Notes: generated by a model not told the origin, from the sequence alone. 62,761 nucleotides of DNA from Streptosporangiaceae bacterium (GCA_050010815.1 JBEKKH010000001.1:1-62761); one strand, 5' to 3'. Counted from the stretch's first letter, positions 26,127 through 34,834 are shown. Numbers and translations: made by a program.

Positions 26127-26977
26127 CCACCCTCACCGCGGAACTAGCGCCTGAACGGGACGTCACCTACGGGCGCAGCTCGTTCACTCATTTCGTTACC
26201 GACGTCTGGGTGCTGACCAAGCGCAGCATCGCGCGGATCCGCCGGGAACCGGAAACGCTCGCCGACGTCACCATCCAGCCGGTCCTGTTCATCCTGATGT
26301 TCGCGTACGTGTTCGGCGGCGCGATCGGCCTGCCGGGCGGCGGGAACTACCACGAGTACCTGATCGGCGGGATGCTCGGGATGGGCCTGGCCCAGACCGC
26401 GCCGGGGGTGGCGGTGGCGCTGGTCACGGACATGTCCACCGGGCTGGTCGACAGGTTCAGGTCGCTGCCCATGTCCCGCTGGGCCATGCTGGTGGCACGA
26501 TCCTTCGCCGAGCTGCTCACCCAGGTCATCAGCACGGTCGTGGTCGTCTGCGTCGGTCTGGCCATCGGCTGGCGGGTGCACACCGATGCGGCGGACGTCA
26601 TCGCCGCGCTCGCGCTGGCCCTGCTGTTCGGCTACGCCTTCACCTGGGCGGGCGTCTGCCTGGGCATGGTGCTGCGCAGCCCGGAGGCGGCGCAGCAGAC
26701 CGGGTTCCTCATCTTCTTGCCGCTGACGTTCATCTCCAGCGCGTTCGTGCCCACCCAGGGCATGCCCGGCTGGCTGCAGCCGGTCGCGGACTGGAACCCG
26801 ATGTCTGCGCTGGCCGCCTCGTGCCGGCACTTGTTCGGCAACCCGAACCCCGCCGCCTCCATTCACTCCTGGCCGATGCAGCACCCGGAACTCGCCGTGG
26901 TCTGCTGGGCGGTGGGCATGCTGGTGGTCTTCGCCCCGCTGGCGGTCCGCCTCTACCGCCGTAAGGCGCTCGGCTGA
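26123..26977 (+). CDS. ABC-2 type transporter permease, DrrB-like
   Basis: The real start is the ATG at 26123 (ATGA overlap) inside ORF 25673..26977. Six hydrophobic helices. Confidence 0.85.
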   Translation: MTTLTAELAPERDVTYGRSSFTHFVTDVWVLTKRSIARIRREPETLADVTIQPVLFILMFAYVFGGAIGLPGGGNYHEYLIGGMLGMGLAQTAPGVAVALVTDMSTGLVDRFRSLPMSRWAMLVARSFAELLTQVISTVVVVCVGLAIGWRVHTDAADVIAALALALLFGYAFTWAGVCLGMVLRSPEAAQQTGFLIFLPLTFISSAFVPTQGMPGWLQPVADWNPMSALAASCRHLFGNPNPAASIHSWPMQHPELAVVCWAVGMLVVFAPLAVRLYRRKALG

Positions 26978-27006
26978 CCCGCGGCGAACGGTACCTCGGC
27001 CGGCGC

Positions 27007-27062
27007 GCCGCTGGACCGGCGCCGCTGGACCGGCGCCCCTGGACCGGCGCCCCTGGACCGGC
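27007..27062. repeat. 14-bp intergenic tandem repeat, 4 copies
   Basis: GCCGCTGGACCGGC twice, then GCCCCTGGACCGGC twice, in exact phase. Confidence 0.9.
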
Positions 27063-27091
27063 GCGTGGGGCGTGCGCTATACATCGGACCC

Positions 27092-27889
27092 ATGACTGAG
27101 CAATCGACTGAATTTGCCGGGCTGACGGCCCTTGTCACCGGCGGCGCGTCAGGCATCGGCCTGGCCACCGCCCGTTTGCTCGCCGCGCGGGGCGCCCGGG
27201 TGGCGGCGGTGGACCGGGTGACATCCGACCAGCCGTCCGCCGCTCCCGACGGCGCGGGCATCTACCCGGTGGTCGCGGACGTGACCGACGACGCCGCGGT
27301 CCGGGCCGCCGTCAGCGAGGTGGGCCGGTCCTTCGGCCGACTCGACATCCTGGTCAACAACGCGGGCATCGGCGCGGCGGGCACGGTCGAGGACAACGAC
27401 GACGACGAATGGCGCCGGGTCCTTGACGTGAACGTGCTCGGCATCGTGCGCACCACCCGGGCGGCCATGCCGCTGCTCCGCCGGGCCGCGCGCGAGCACG
27501 GCCAGGCGGCCGTCGTCAACACCTGCTCGGTCGTGGCCACCGCGGGCGTACCGCAACGGGTGCTTTACGCCGCGAGCAAGGGTGCCGTCTACTCGCTCAC
27601 GCTGGCCATGGCGGCCGACCATGTCGCCGAGGGCATCCGGGTGAACTGCGTGAACCCGGGCACGGCCGATACCCCGTGGGTAGGCCGGCTGCTCGACGCG
27701 GCCCCCGACCCAGCCGCGGAACGCGCCGCGCTCAACGCGCGCCAGCCCATGGGCCGGCTGGTCACGGCGGAGGAGGTCGCCGCGGCCATCGCCTACCTCG
27801 CCAGCCCGCTCGCGAGCGGCACCACCGGCATGGCCCTGGCCGTGGACGGCGGCATGCAAGGCCTGCGGACCAGGCCACGGCCCACGTAA
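27092..27889 (+). CDS. Short-chain dehydrogenase/reductase
   Basis: TGGASGIG, NNAG and YAASK motifs. The ATG at 27092 is preferred over the GTG at 27065. Confidence 0.85.
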   Translation: MTEQSTEFAGLTALVTGGASGIGLATARLLAARGARVAAVDRVTSDQPSAAPDGAGIYPVVADVTDDAAVRAAVSEVGRSFGRLDILVNNAGIGAAGTVEDNDDDEWRRVLDVNVLGIVRTTRAAMPLLRRAAREHGQAAVVNTCSVVATAGVPQRVLYAASKGAVYSLTLAMAADHVAEGIRVNCVNPGTADTPWVGRLLDAAPDPAAERAALNARQPMGRLVTAEEVAAAIAYLASPLASGTTGMALAVDGGMQGLRTRPRPT

Positions 27890-27946
27890 CCCCGCTCGTG
27901 CCGCGTGATCACGAAGACGTTCACAGTCTGTGCAGAGACTCCGCGA

Positions 27947-28300
27947 TCATGAAAATTCGCTGCTGCGTTCTATGGTGACGACGGCGGTGTAGCCCTCGGT
28001 GATGGGCTTGCGGACCTCGAGGCGGATCCAGGTCAGCCGGTAGGCGGCCAGGAGACGCTCGGCAACTCGCTCGGCCGCGGTCTCGATGAGGCCGAACTTG
28101 CCTTCACGCACCACGGCGGCGATGGTGGCCGCCACCGCGGAGTAGTCCAGAGCGTCGGCGAGGTCATCGCGGGCGGCGGCCTTGCGCACGTCCGCGGCCA
28201 TGTCCGCGTTAAAGACCAGGGTCTGCTCAACGACGCGTTCCCATTCGAGCACGCCTATCACCGCCGGGACAGACAGGTCCCTGACCGAAACAGTGTCCAT
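27947..28300 (-). CDS. folB: Dihydroneopterin aldolase
   Basis: MDTVSVRDLSVPAVIGVLEWERVVEQTLVFNADM...DYSAVAATI is a FolB pattern (117 aa). The upstream 66 codons of ORF 27947..28498 look non-coding. Confidence 0.8.
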   Translation of the reverse strand: MDTVSVRDLSVPAVIGVLEWERVVEQTLVFNADMAADVRKAAARDDLADALDYSAVAATIAAVVREGKFGLIETAAERVAERLLAAYRLTWIRLEVRKPITEGYTAVVTIERSSEFS

Positions 28301-28795
28301 CCCGCTCACGGTACGCAGGCCATCGCGGCCCAGTGGCGGCGGCTCACGGTATGCCGGGTGCGCGACACTTATCCAGAGCCAGCGAGTTTGCGCTGGTAGA
28401 GGCCTCCTGCTAGTTGCAGGTCCGGTAACCAGATCGGAACCAGGCCGGCCACCAGGTATCGCCGCGGCGTGAGCACACCCGCCCACCCACCCCACCACCC
28501 GGACAAAACCGGCAATACAGACCCTCGTTCAGGCATTCGAATTATCGTGGATATCTACCTGCCCTATGGGGGTAGTAGCGATCCACGATCGCAGCAGGGC
28601 CCGGGGGATTGGGATAGAGGGGCAGGCGAGGCTCGCGGGATTGGGCGGGCGGGGCGGCGGGCTGCTTTGGCCGCGGGCGGCTGGTGCACGACTGGGCAGA
28701 GCCTTTCTGGGCGGGCCGACTACAGGATGATCGTGACTGCCTAGGAATCCACGTACACCCAGGCGTGCCGCTGGACACCGCATCTGACGGCGGCG

Positions 28796-28806
28796 GCTGA
28801 TACCAA
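28796..28806 (-). promoter_or_regulatory. Third copy of the TTGGTATCAGC motif, inside the duplicated block upstream of recQ
   Basis: Part of an 85-bp block homologous to 23768-23850. Confidence 0.3.
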
Positions 28807-28813
28807 TGAACAC

Positions 28814-30973
28814 ATGACCACCGATGGCGGAGCGGAGCCGGACCAGGCTGGCCTGACGGACGAAGCAGGACTGCGGGACGAAGCAGAGAAGTACCTGCGG
28901 GCGCTGGCGGGTGAGCACACCCGCCTGCGCGAAGACCAGTGGACGGCGATCTATGCCCTGGTGGCGCGCGGGCAACGAGCGCTGGTGGTCCAGCGGACGG
29001 GATGGGGCAAATCGGCGGTCTACTTCATCGCCACGGCGCTGCTCCGGGCCCGGGGCGCCGGTCCGACCGTGATCGTGTCCCCGCTGCTCGCGCTGATGCG
29101 CAACCAGGTCGAGGCCGCCGGGCGGGCCGGGATCCGGGCACGCACGATCAACTCGGCTAATCCCCAGGACTGGGAGGCGCTGTACGCCGAGGTCGCCGAC
29201 GGCCAGGTGGACGTGCTGCTGGTCAGCCCGGAGCGGCTGAACAACCCCTCCTTCCGCGACCAGGTGCTGCCTGAGCTCAGCCGGTCCGCCGGGCTGGTGG
29301 TGATCGACGAGGCCCACTGCATCTCGGACTGGGGGCACGACTTCCGGCCCGACTACCGCCGGCTGCGCACGCTGCTCGCTCGGCTGCCGGCCGGCATCCC
29401 GGTCCTGGCCACCACCGCGACCGCCAACTCCCGGGTGACCAGGGACGTCGCGGAGCAACTCGGCACCGGCGGCCAGGGCGAGACGCTCGTGCTCAGGGGC
29501 CCGCTCGACCGGGACTCGCTGCGGCTGGCGGTGGTGACGCTGCCCACCGCGCACCAGCGGCTCGGCTGGCTCGCCGCCCGGCTGGGCGAGCTATCCGGAT
29601 CCGGCATCATCTACACGCTGACGGTAGCGGCGGCGCAGGAGACCGCGGCCTTCCTGCGTGACCAGGGGATGCCGGTGGCGGCCTACAGCGGCCGGGACGA
29701 GCAGGCCGAGCGGCTGCAGGCCGAAGACGACCTGCTGGCCAACCGGGTCAAGGCGCTGGTCGCCACCAGCGCGCTCGGGATGGGCTTCGACAAGCCGGAC
29801 CTCGGCTTCGTGGTGCACCTGGGCGCCCCGCAGTCACCGGTCGCCTACTACCAGCAGATCGGCCGGGCCGGACGCGGAGTGGAACGCGCCGAGGTGATCT
29901 TGCTACCGGGCCGCGAAGACCGTGACATCTGGGCTTACTTCGCTTCGCTCGCCTTTCCGCCGGAGCGGCAGGTCCGGGCCGCCCTTATGACCCTCGCCGA
30001 GGCAGGCCGGCCCCTGTCCACCGGCGCGCTCGAGACGTACGTGGACTTGTCCCGCGGCCGGCTGGAATCCATGCTCAAGGTGCTCGACGTGGACGGTGCG
30101 GTGCGGCGGGTCAGCGGTGGCTGGACGTCGACCGGCCAGCCCTGGCACTACGACGCAGAGCGCTACGAGCGGGTCGCCGCCGAACGGGCCCGCGAGCGCG
30201 AGGCGATGCTCAGCTACCAGGCGACGGATGGCTGCCGGATGGAGTACCTGCGCCGGCAGCTCGACGATCCTGACGCCGCGCCGTGCGGGCGCTGCGACAA
30301 CTGCACCGGCCAGCACTGGCCGACCGACGTGCCCGACGCCGGCGCGGCCGCGGCGCGCGACCGGCTGCTCCGCCCCGGCGTGCAGATCGAGCCGCGGCGG
30401 ATGTGGCCGACCGGGATGAAGGCGCTCGGCCTGGAGGTCACCGGGAAGATCCCGGGTGGACTGGTCGCCGAGCCCGGCCGGGCCCTGGGCAGGCTCACCG
30501 ACATCGGCTGGGGCGCCACGCTGCGGACCATGCTGGCGCCGGGGGCACCCGACGAGCCGGTCACCAGGCAGGTCATCGACGCGATGATCAGGGTGCTGGC
30601 CGCGTGGGACTGGGCCAGGCGCCCGGCCGGCGTGCTGACCCTGCCGTCGCGCACCCGGCCCCAGCTGATCACCAGCGTCGGTCAGCAGATCGCCGCCGTC
30701 GGGCGGCTGCCCTACCTGGGCACGCTCGGCTACGCCGATGACACCGCACCGGGTCCGCGCCGGCACAACAGCGCGCAGCGGCTGAGCTCGCTGTGGCACG
30801 CGTTCGAGCTGCCCGCGGAGGTTCGCGACGCCGTCACCGGGCTTGACGGCCCGGTGCTGGTCATCGACGATCGCATCGAGACCGGATGGACCATGACGGT
30901 CGCCGCCAGGCTGCTCCGCGAGGCGGGCGCCTCCGCCGTCCTGCCGCTGGTCCTAGCGGTCGGCGGCGGCTAA
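28814..30973 (+). CDS. recQ: RecQ-family DNA helicase fused to a C-terminal ComF/GntX-like phosphoribosyltransferase-fold domain
   Basis: Motif I TGWGKS, DEAH box VIDEAHCISDWGHDFRPDY, and RecQ zinc motif CRMEY...CGRCDNC. The C-terminus has NSAQRLSSLWHAFEL and VLVIDDRIETGWTMTVAARLLREAGA, a PRT-type nucleotide loop. Confidence 0.85.
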   Translation: MTTDGGAEPDQAGLTDEAGLRDEAEKYLRALAGEHTRLREDQWTAIYALVARGQRALVVQRTGWGKSAVYFIATALLRARGAGPTVIVSPLLALMRNQVEAAGRAGIRARTINSANPQDWEALYAEVADGQVDVLLVSPERLNNPSFRDQVLPELSRSAGLVVIDEAHCISDWGHDFRPDYRRLRTLLARLPAGIPVLATTATANSRVTRDVAEQLGTGGQGETLVLRGPLDRDSLRLAVVTLPTAHQRLGWLAARLGELSGSGIIYTLTVAAAQETAAFLRDQGMPVAAYSGRDEQAERLQAEDDLLANRVKALVATSALGMGFDKPDLGFVVHLGAPQSPVAYYQQIGRAGRGVERAEVILLPGREDRDIWAYFASLAFPPERQVRAALMTLAEAGRPLSTGALETYVDLSRGRLESMLKVLDVDGAVRRVSGGWTSTGQPWHYDAERYERVAAERAREREAMLSYQATDGCRMEYLRRQLDDPDAAPCGRCDNCTGQHWPTDVPDAGAAAARDRLLRPGVQIEPRRMWPTGMKALGLEVTGKIPGGLVAEPGRALGRLTDIGWGATLRTMLAPGAPDEPVTRQVIDAMIRVLAAWDWARRPAGVLTLPSRTRPQLITSVGQQIAAVGRLPYLGTLGYADDTAPGPRRHNSAQRLSSLWHAFELPAEVRDAVTGLDGPVLVIDDRIETGWTMTVAARLLREAGASAVLPLVLAVGGG

Positions 30974-31008
30974 GCCGCCAGGTCGGCGACGGGACCTGGA
31001 CCGGGAGC

Positions 31009-31084
31009 GGGCCGCCAAGGACCGGGCCGCCAAGGACCGGGCCGCCATAGGACCGGGCCGCCATAGGACCGGGCCGCCAAGGGG
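31009..31084. repeat. 15/16-bp intergenic tandem repeat, about 4.9 copies
   Basis: GGGCCGCCAAGGACC twice, GGGCCGCCATAGGACC twice, then a partial copy. Lies between the convergent recQ and rhodanese genes. Confidence 0.9.
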
Positions 31085-31096
31085 CGGAGCGGGCAG

Positions 31097-31432
31097 CTAA
31101 GCGATGTACGGCTCGGTGCCGTCCTCGCTGATCATCGGACGGCCCGCGACAGCCCAGCCGGTCATGCCGTCGGCCACGTTGATTACGCTCAGCCCGCCGC
31201 CGGCCAGCGTCTGGGCGGCGTACGCCGACCTGGCGCCGCTGCGGCAGATCACGTACACCTCGCGGTCGCGCGGCAGGTCGGCTGCCCGCAGGCCGAGGTC
31301 ACCGAGCCGGATGTGCACCGCGTCCGGCGCGTGTCCCGCGGTCCACTCGTCGTCTTCGCGCACATCAAGCAGGAACACCCCGGCCGGCAGGTCCGCCGAC
31401 AGCACTTCAGGCACGGTGGCGGGCTGGTTCAT
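31097..31432 (-). CDS. Single-domain rhodanese (sulfurtransferase)
   Basis: LLDVREDDEW..GH and the active-site loop CRSGARS. Confidence 0.85.
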   Translation of the reverse strand: MNQPATVPEVLSADLPAGVFLLDVREDDEWTAGHAPDAVHIRLGDLGLRAADLPRDREVYVICRSGARSAYAAQTLAGGGLSVINVADGMTGWAVAGRPMISEDGTEPYIA

Positions 31433-31634
31433 CTCGGTCTCCTCAGGCGGGCTCGCGATGGCGGGGTTCGACGGCCGCCCACTCGCTGGCCGCGGTCGCT
31501 ACTGTACCCGTGGTCGGCTCTTTACACCGGCCAGCACCGGCGCGGCGCCCAGGGTTTCCGCCCTGATCCCGTACCTGGCGTACCGGCCGCCAGTGGCGGC
31601 GGGGGCCGCCAGCTAGCCGGCCGGGTACCTTGGG

Positions 31635-32081
31635 TCACCACCCGCGGCGCCCCCGGCGGAGGGCGATGAGCGCGGCGGCGGCGAAGAGCCCCGCGACCGC
31701 CAGTTCCAGCCGCGCCCGGCGCGGCGCCTCATGCTGGATCCGGCTGTGAAAGCGGTCGACCGCAGCGGGAAACGGTGACCAGCCGAACCACACGTTCGCG
31801 GGCTTGTCCAGGTCGGGCAGCGTCGCGCCGGCCATGCCGGCCACCACGGCCAGTCGCCGGTCGGGCGGCGAGACGACCGCGAAGGCTCCCATCGTGGCCA
31901 GGCCGACCAGCCCATCGGTCATCGCGACGCGGAGGAACCGGCGCTGGCTGCCCCACTGGCCCCAGTGCGGCATCGCGTCCAGCACGAAGTGCGACGCTAC
32001 CCCGGCCGCGAAGGCGGGCAGCGGGCGGCGGACCAGCGCGCCGATCAGGGCTCCAGACAGGACATGGTTGGTCAGCAGCAC
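31635..32081 (-). CDS. YdjM/DUF457-like membrane-bound metal-dependent hydrolase
   Basis: VLLTNHVLSGALIG...SHFVLDAMPHW. GTG start at 32081 preceded by a GGGAAGG-type RBS. The rest of ORF 31635..32753 is an artefact. Confidence 0.6.
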   Translation of the reverse strand: MLLTNHVLSGALIGALVRRPLPAFAAGVASHFVLDAMPHWGQWGSQRRFLRVAMTDGLVGLATMGAFAVVSPPDRRLAVVAGMAGATLPDLDKPANVWFGWSPFPAAVDRFHSRIQHEAPRRARLELAVAGLFAAAALIALRRGRRGW

Positions 32082-32228
32082 TCGCCCTTTACCTTCCCGT
32101 GGTAACCGCGTCACCACCGTACCCGGCTCCCGGCGGAACTTATGGTGGGCGGCGCGGCGGGCACTGCTGGTAGCGTTTTTGTGGGGCAGGCAGGCAATTT
32201 CCAATCCGAACGAGGGCTTGGCACACTC

Positions 32229-33491
32229 ATGCTGGACAGGCGACAGATCAGGGACAACCCGGACGCGGTGAAGGCGGCCGTCCGGGTCAAGGGAATTGAC
32301 CTGGACGTGGACGAACTGATCCACCTGGACAAGGCCACCCGGGCGCTTCAGCACGAACTCGACCAGGCCCAGGCCCGCAGGAAGAGCTCCGCGAAAGAGT
32401 TCGCCAAGGCCGATGACGCCCGCCGGGCCGAGCTGCGGGCCGAGCACGAAGAACTCGAGGTCCAGCTCAAGACCCTCCGTGAACAGCTGTCCGAGACCAC
32501 GAAGAAGCTGCAGGGGCTGCTGCTGCTGACGCCCACCATCCCGTGGGACGGCGCTCCGGTCGGACCGGATGAGTCCGCGAACGTGGTCATCAGGAGCGTC
32601 GGTACGCCACCGGAGTTCGGCTTCAAGCCACTGGATCACGTCGAGCTGTGCGAAAAACGAGGCTGGGCCGACTTCGCCCGGGCTCGCAAAATCGCCGGGG
32701 AGCGCGCCTACGCGCTGACCGCGGACATGGTCCTGCTCGAACGTGCGGTGCACTCCTACGCCCTGGACCTGCTGCAGGCTAAGGACTTCACGCTTGTCTC
32801 CGTCCCGTCACTGGTCCGGGAGGAGCCGCTGATCGGGACCGGCCAGTTCCCGGCGCACCGCGAGGAAACCTACGCCATCACCGCCGACGACCTGTACCTC
32901 GCGGGTACCGCGGAAGTGGCGCTGGTCGGTTTCCACAGCGACGAGATCCTCGACCACAAACGGCTTCCGGTGCGGTACGCCGGGATCTCGCCGTGCTTCC
33001 GGCGTGAAGCCGGCAGCGCCGGGCGGGACGTGCGCGGGCTCCTGCGGGTGCACCAGTTCGAGAAGGTCGAGCAGTTCGTCATCTGCCTGGCCGACCCGGC
33101 CGAGTCCGACCGCTGGCACGCCGAGCTGCTCGGTACCGCCGAGCAGCTGCTGCAGGGTCTCGGGCTGGCCTATCGGGTCATGGAATGCTCCACAGGCGAC
33201 ATGGGCGCGGGCAAATACCGGATGAACGACATCGATACCTGGATGCCGTCGCTCGGCACCTACCGCGAGACGCACAGCTGCTCGTCCCTGCATGACTGGC
33301 AGGCCCGGCGGGCCAACATCCGCTACCGGGACTCCGGCGGCACGGTCAAGTTCGCCTACACCCTGAACAACACGGCGGTGGCCACGCCGCGCCTCCTCGC
33401 CGCGCTGGTGGAGAACTACCAGACCAGCGACGCCCAGGTCGAAGTACCGGCGGTGCTCCGGCCCTACCTGGGCGGCCGCGAACTTCTCTGA
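32229..33491 (+). CDS. serS: Seryl-tRNA synthetase
   Basis: MLDRRQIRDNPDAVKAAV, a coiled-coil arm, and class II motifs (FRREAGSAGRDVRGLLRVHQFEKVE, TLNNTAVATPR). Confidence 0.95.
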   Translation: MLDRRQIRDNPDAVKAAVRVKGIDLDVDELIHLDKATRALQHELDQAQARRKSSAKEFAKADDARRAELRAEHEELEVQLKTLREQLSETTKKLQGLLLLTPTIPWDGAPVGPDESANVVIRSVGTPPEFGFKPLDHVELCEKRGWADFARARKIAGERAYALTADMVLLERAVHSYALDLLQAKDFTLVSVPSLVREEPLIGTGQFPAHREETYAITADDLYLAGTAEVALVGFHSDEILDHKRLPVRYAGISPCFRREAGSAGRDVRGLLRVHQFEKVEQFVICLADPAESDRWHAELLGTAEQLLQGLGLAYRVMECSTGDMGAGKYRMNDIDTWMPSLGTYRETHSCSSLHDWQARRANIRYRDSGGTVKFAYTLNNTAVATPRLLAALVENYQTSDAQVEVPAVLRPYLGGRELL

Positions 33492-33583
33492 CCGGCCCTC
33501 GGACGCCGGCCGCGAGCAACGGGCCGCGAACCATACCCGAGGGCCAGCAGCGGAAGGCAGCAAGACGGCGTACTCTGCGAGGG

Positions 33584-34789
33584 GTGACCCTTGAAGCTGA
33601 TCGCGTGGCCGACCTGGCCAACCGACCGCTTAACGAGCTGACCAGGCGTGACGTGGCGCTTGCGCTGCTCAGTGTGCCATCGGTGGATGCCCTGGCGTCG
33701 CTGCCTGGCATCCGCAGAGGGATGCTGGTGGCCGCCAATCCGCTGTCCGCGGTGTTCTGGTCCTCCGCCGAAGCCATCCTGCAGCAGATCGCCGACGGTG
33801 TAGCCACGGTCGGCGACGTCCGGACCTGGCTGGAAGCCACCGGGACCGAGCCGAACGGGATCATCGGCCTGCACGTCTGGGATGACCTATCCGAGCGCAG
33901 CCAGCTGGCCGCCGAGATGCACACCAGGCTGGTGACCTACCTGGAGGAGCAGCTGGCCGCCGGGGCGATCGACCCCGACCTGCTGGCGACTTCCGACCCG
34001 GCCGCCTGTAGTGGCTACATCGAGCTGCAGGAGCGGTGGATGACCTCGGCCCTGCCCGACGGGCGCGTCCCGATGGATGCGCTGCTTGACGAGAAGGACG
34101 AGGAGTTCCTGGCCGAATGGGACGCCGCCGACGCCGAGGCCCTGGCCGCGATGCAGGCGCAGCTCGACCAGGTTGGTGACCGGCTGCGGCCCGACGAGGA
34201 CCTGCGCCGGGCCAGCGCCCGGCTGCGCGAGTTCATCGCCAAGCCCGGCTGGCCGGGCCAGCTGCTCATCGAGTGCGGCGGCGTTCGCGCCGAAGACCTG
34301 CCGGCCGACGATGCCGAGCTGTGGCTTGTCCTGGCCGCCGGGGTGGCGTCTCCGCAGGGATCTGACGACTGGGGCGCTCCGGGCGCAAGCCGCGGCGAAC
34401 CGCGCGAGATGGACAGCACGCTCGCCGCGATCTGCGCCATTGATCATTTCGACTGGCTCGCGGTCATCAGCGCGCTCACCGCCGGCGGCCCCGGCACCTC
34501 GGCGTCGGCCGAGGACCTCGCCGCTTACGTGCGGGACTACGATCCCGACGACGCTGAGCTGGACGAGGACGAGGTGGACTTCGACCTCGCCGACACCGAC
34601 ACCGATGATGATGACGACGACGACGAATTCGACGAGCTCGGCATGGAGGAATTGTTCCTGCCCGTCACCGCTCTGTGGCAGGCCCTGGGCGCGATAGATG
34701 GCGATGAGCGGCTGACCCCGCTGGGCTGGTGGGGGCTGCCCGAGGCCATGCGCATCGTGTGGGGTCCGTCCGACGAGACACCGGTCTAG
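33584..34789 (+). CDS. Hypothetical protein with a poly-acidic C-terminal region
   Basis: 401-aa ORF with consistent high GC3, no motif I recognise, and a DDAELDEDEVDFDLADTDTDDDDDDDEFDE tract. Confidence 0.6.
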   Translation: MTLEADRVADLANRPLNELTRRDVALALLSVPSVDALASLPGIRRGMLVAANPLSAVFWSSAEAILQQIADGVATVGDVRTWLEATGTEPNGIIGLHVWDDLSERSQLAAEMHTRLVTYLEEQLAAGAIDPDLLATSDPAACSGYIELQERWMTSALPDGRVPMDALLDEKDEEFLAEWDAADAEALAAMQAQLDQVGDRLRPDEDLRRASARLREFIAKPGWPGQLLIECGGVRAEDLPADDAELWLVLAAGVASPQGSDDWGAPGASRGEPREMDSTLAAICAIDHFDWLAVISALTAGGPGTSASAEDLAAYVRDYDPDDAELDEDEVDFDLADTDTDDDDDDDEFDELGMEELFLPVTALWQALGAIDGDERLTPLGWWGLPEAMRIVWGPSDETPV

Positions 34790-34834
34790 ACCGCACCGGT
34801 CTAGACCGCACCCGGGCTAGACCGAACCGGGCTG
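34780..34834. repeat. 15-bp tandem repeat containing the palindrome CGGTCTAGACCG, about 3.5 copies
   Basis: ACCGGTCTAGACCGC twice, ACCCGGGCTAGACCGA, then a partial copy. The stop codons of both convergent genes lie in CTAG cores. Confidence 0.9.

Noticed and set aside
28301-28813. ORFs 28469..28744 (plus) and 28529..29554 (minus), and the N-terminal extension of the folB ORF
   Set aside because: Poor composition. The region is interpreted as the decayed gntR copy plus the recQ promoter. The hairpin ATCGTGGAT...ATCCACGAT (28544-28589) in a low-GC patch was noted, but I could not assign a function.
28700-32228. LexA/SOS boxes (TCGAAC-N4-GTTCGA) upstream of recQ and of the YdjM-like gene
   Set aside because: Several isolated TCGAAC half-sites occur in the window, but none has a matching inverted partner at the right spacing.
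27007-34834. Whether the tandem arrays at 27007, 31009 and 34780 are CRISPR arrays
   Set aside because: The units are directly abutting with no spacers, they are only 14-16 bp long, and no cas genes are present.
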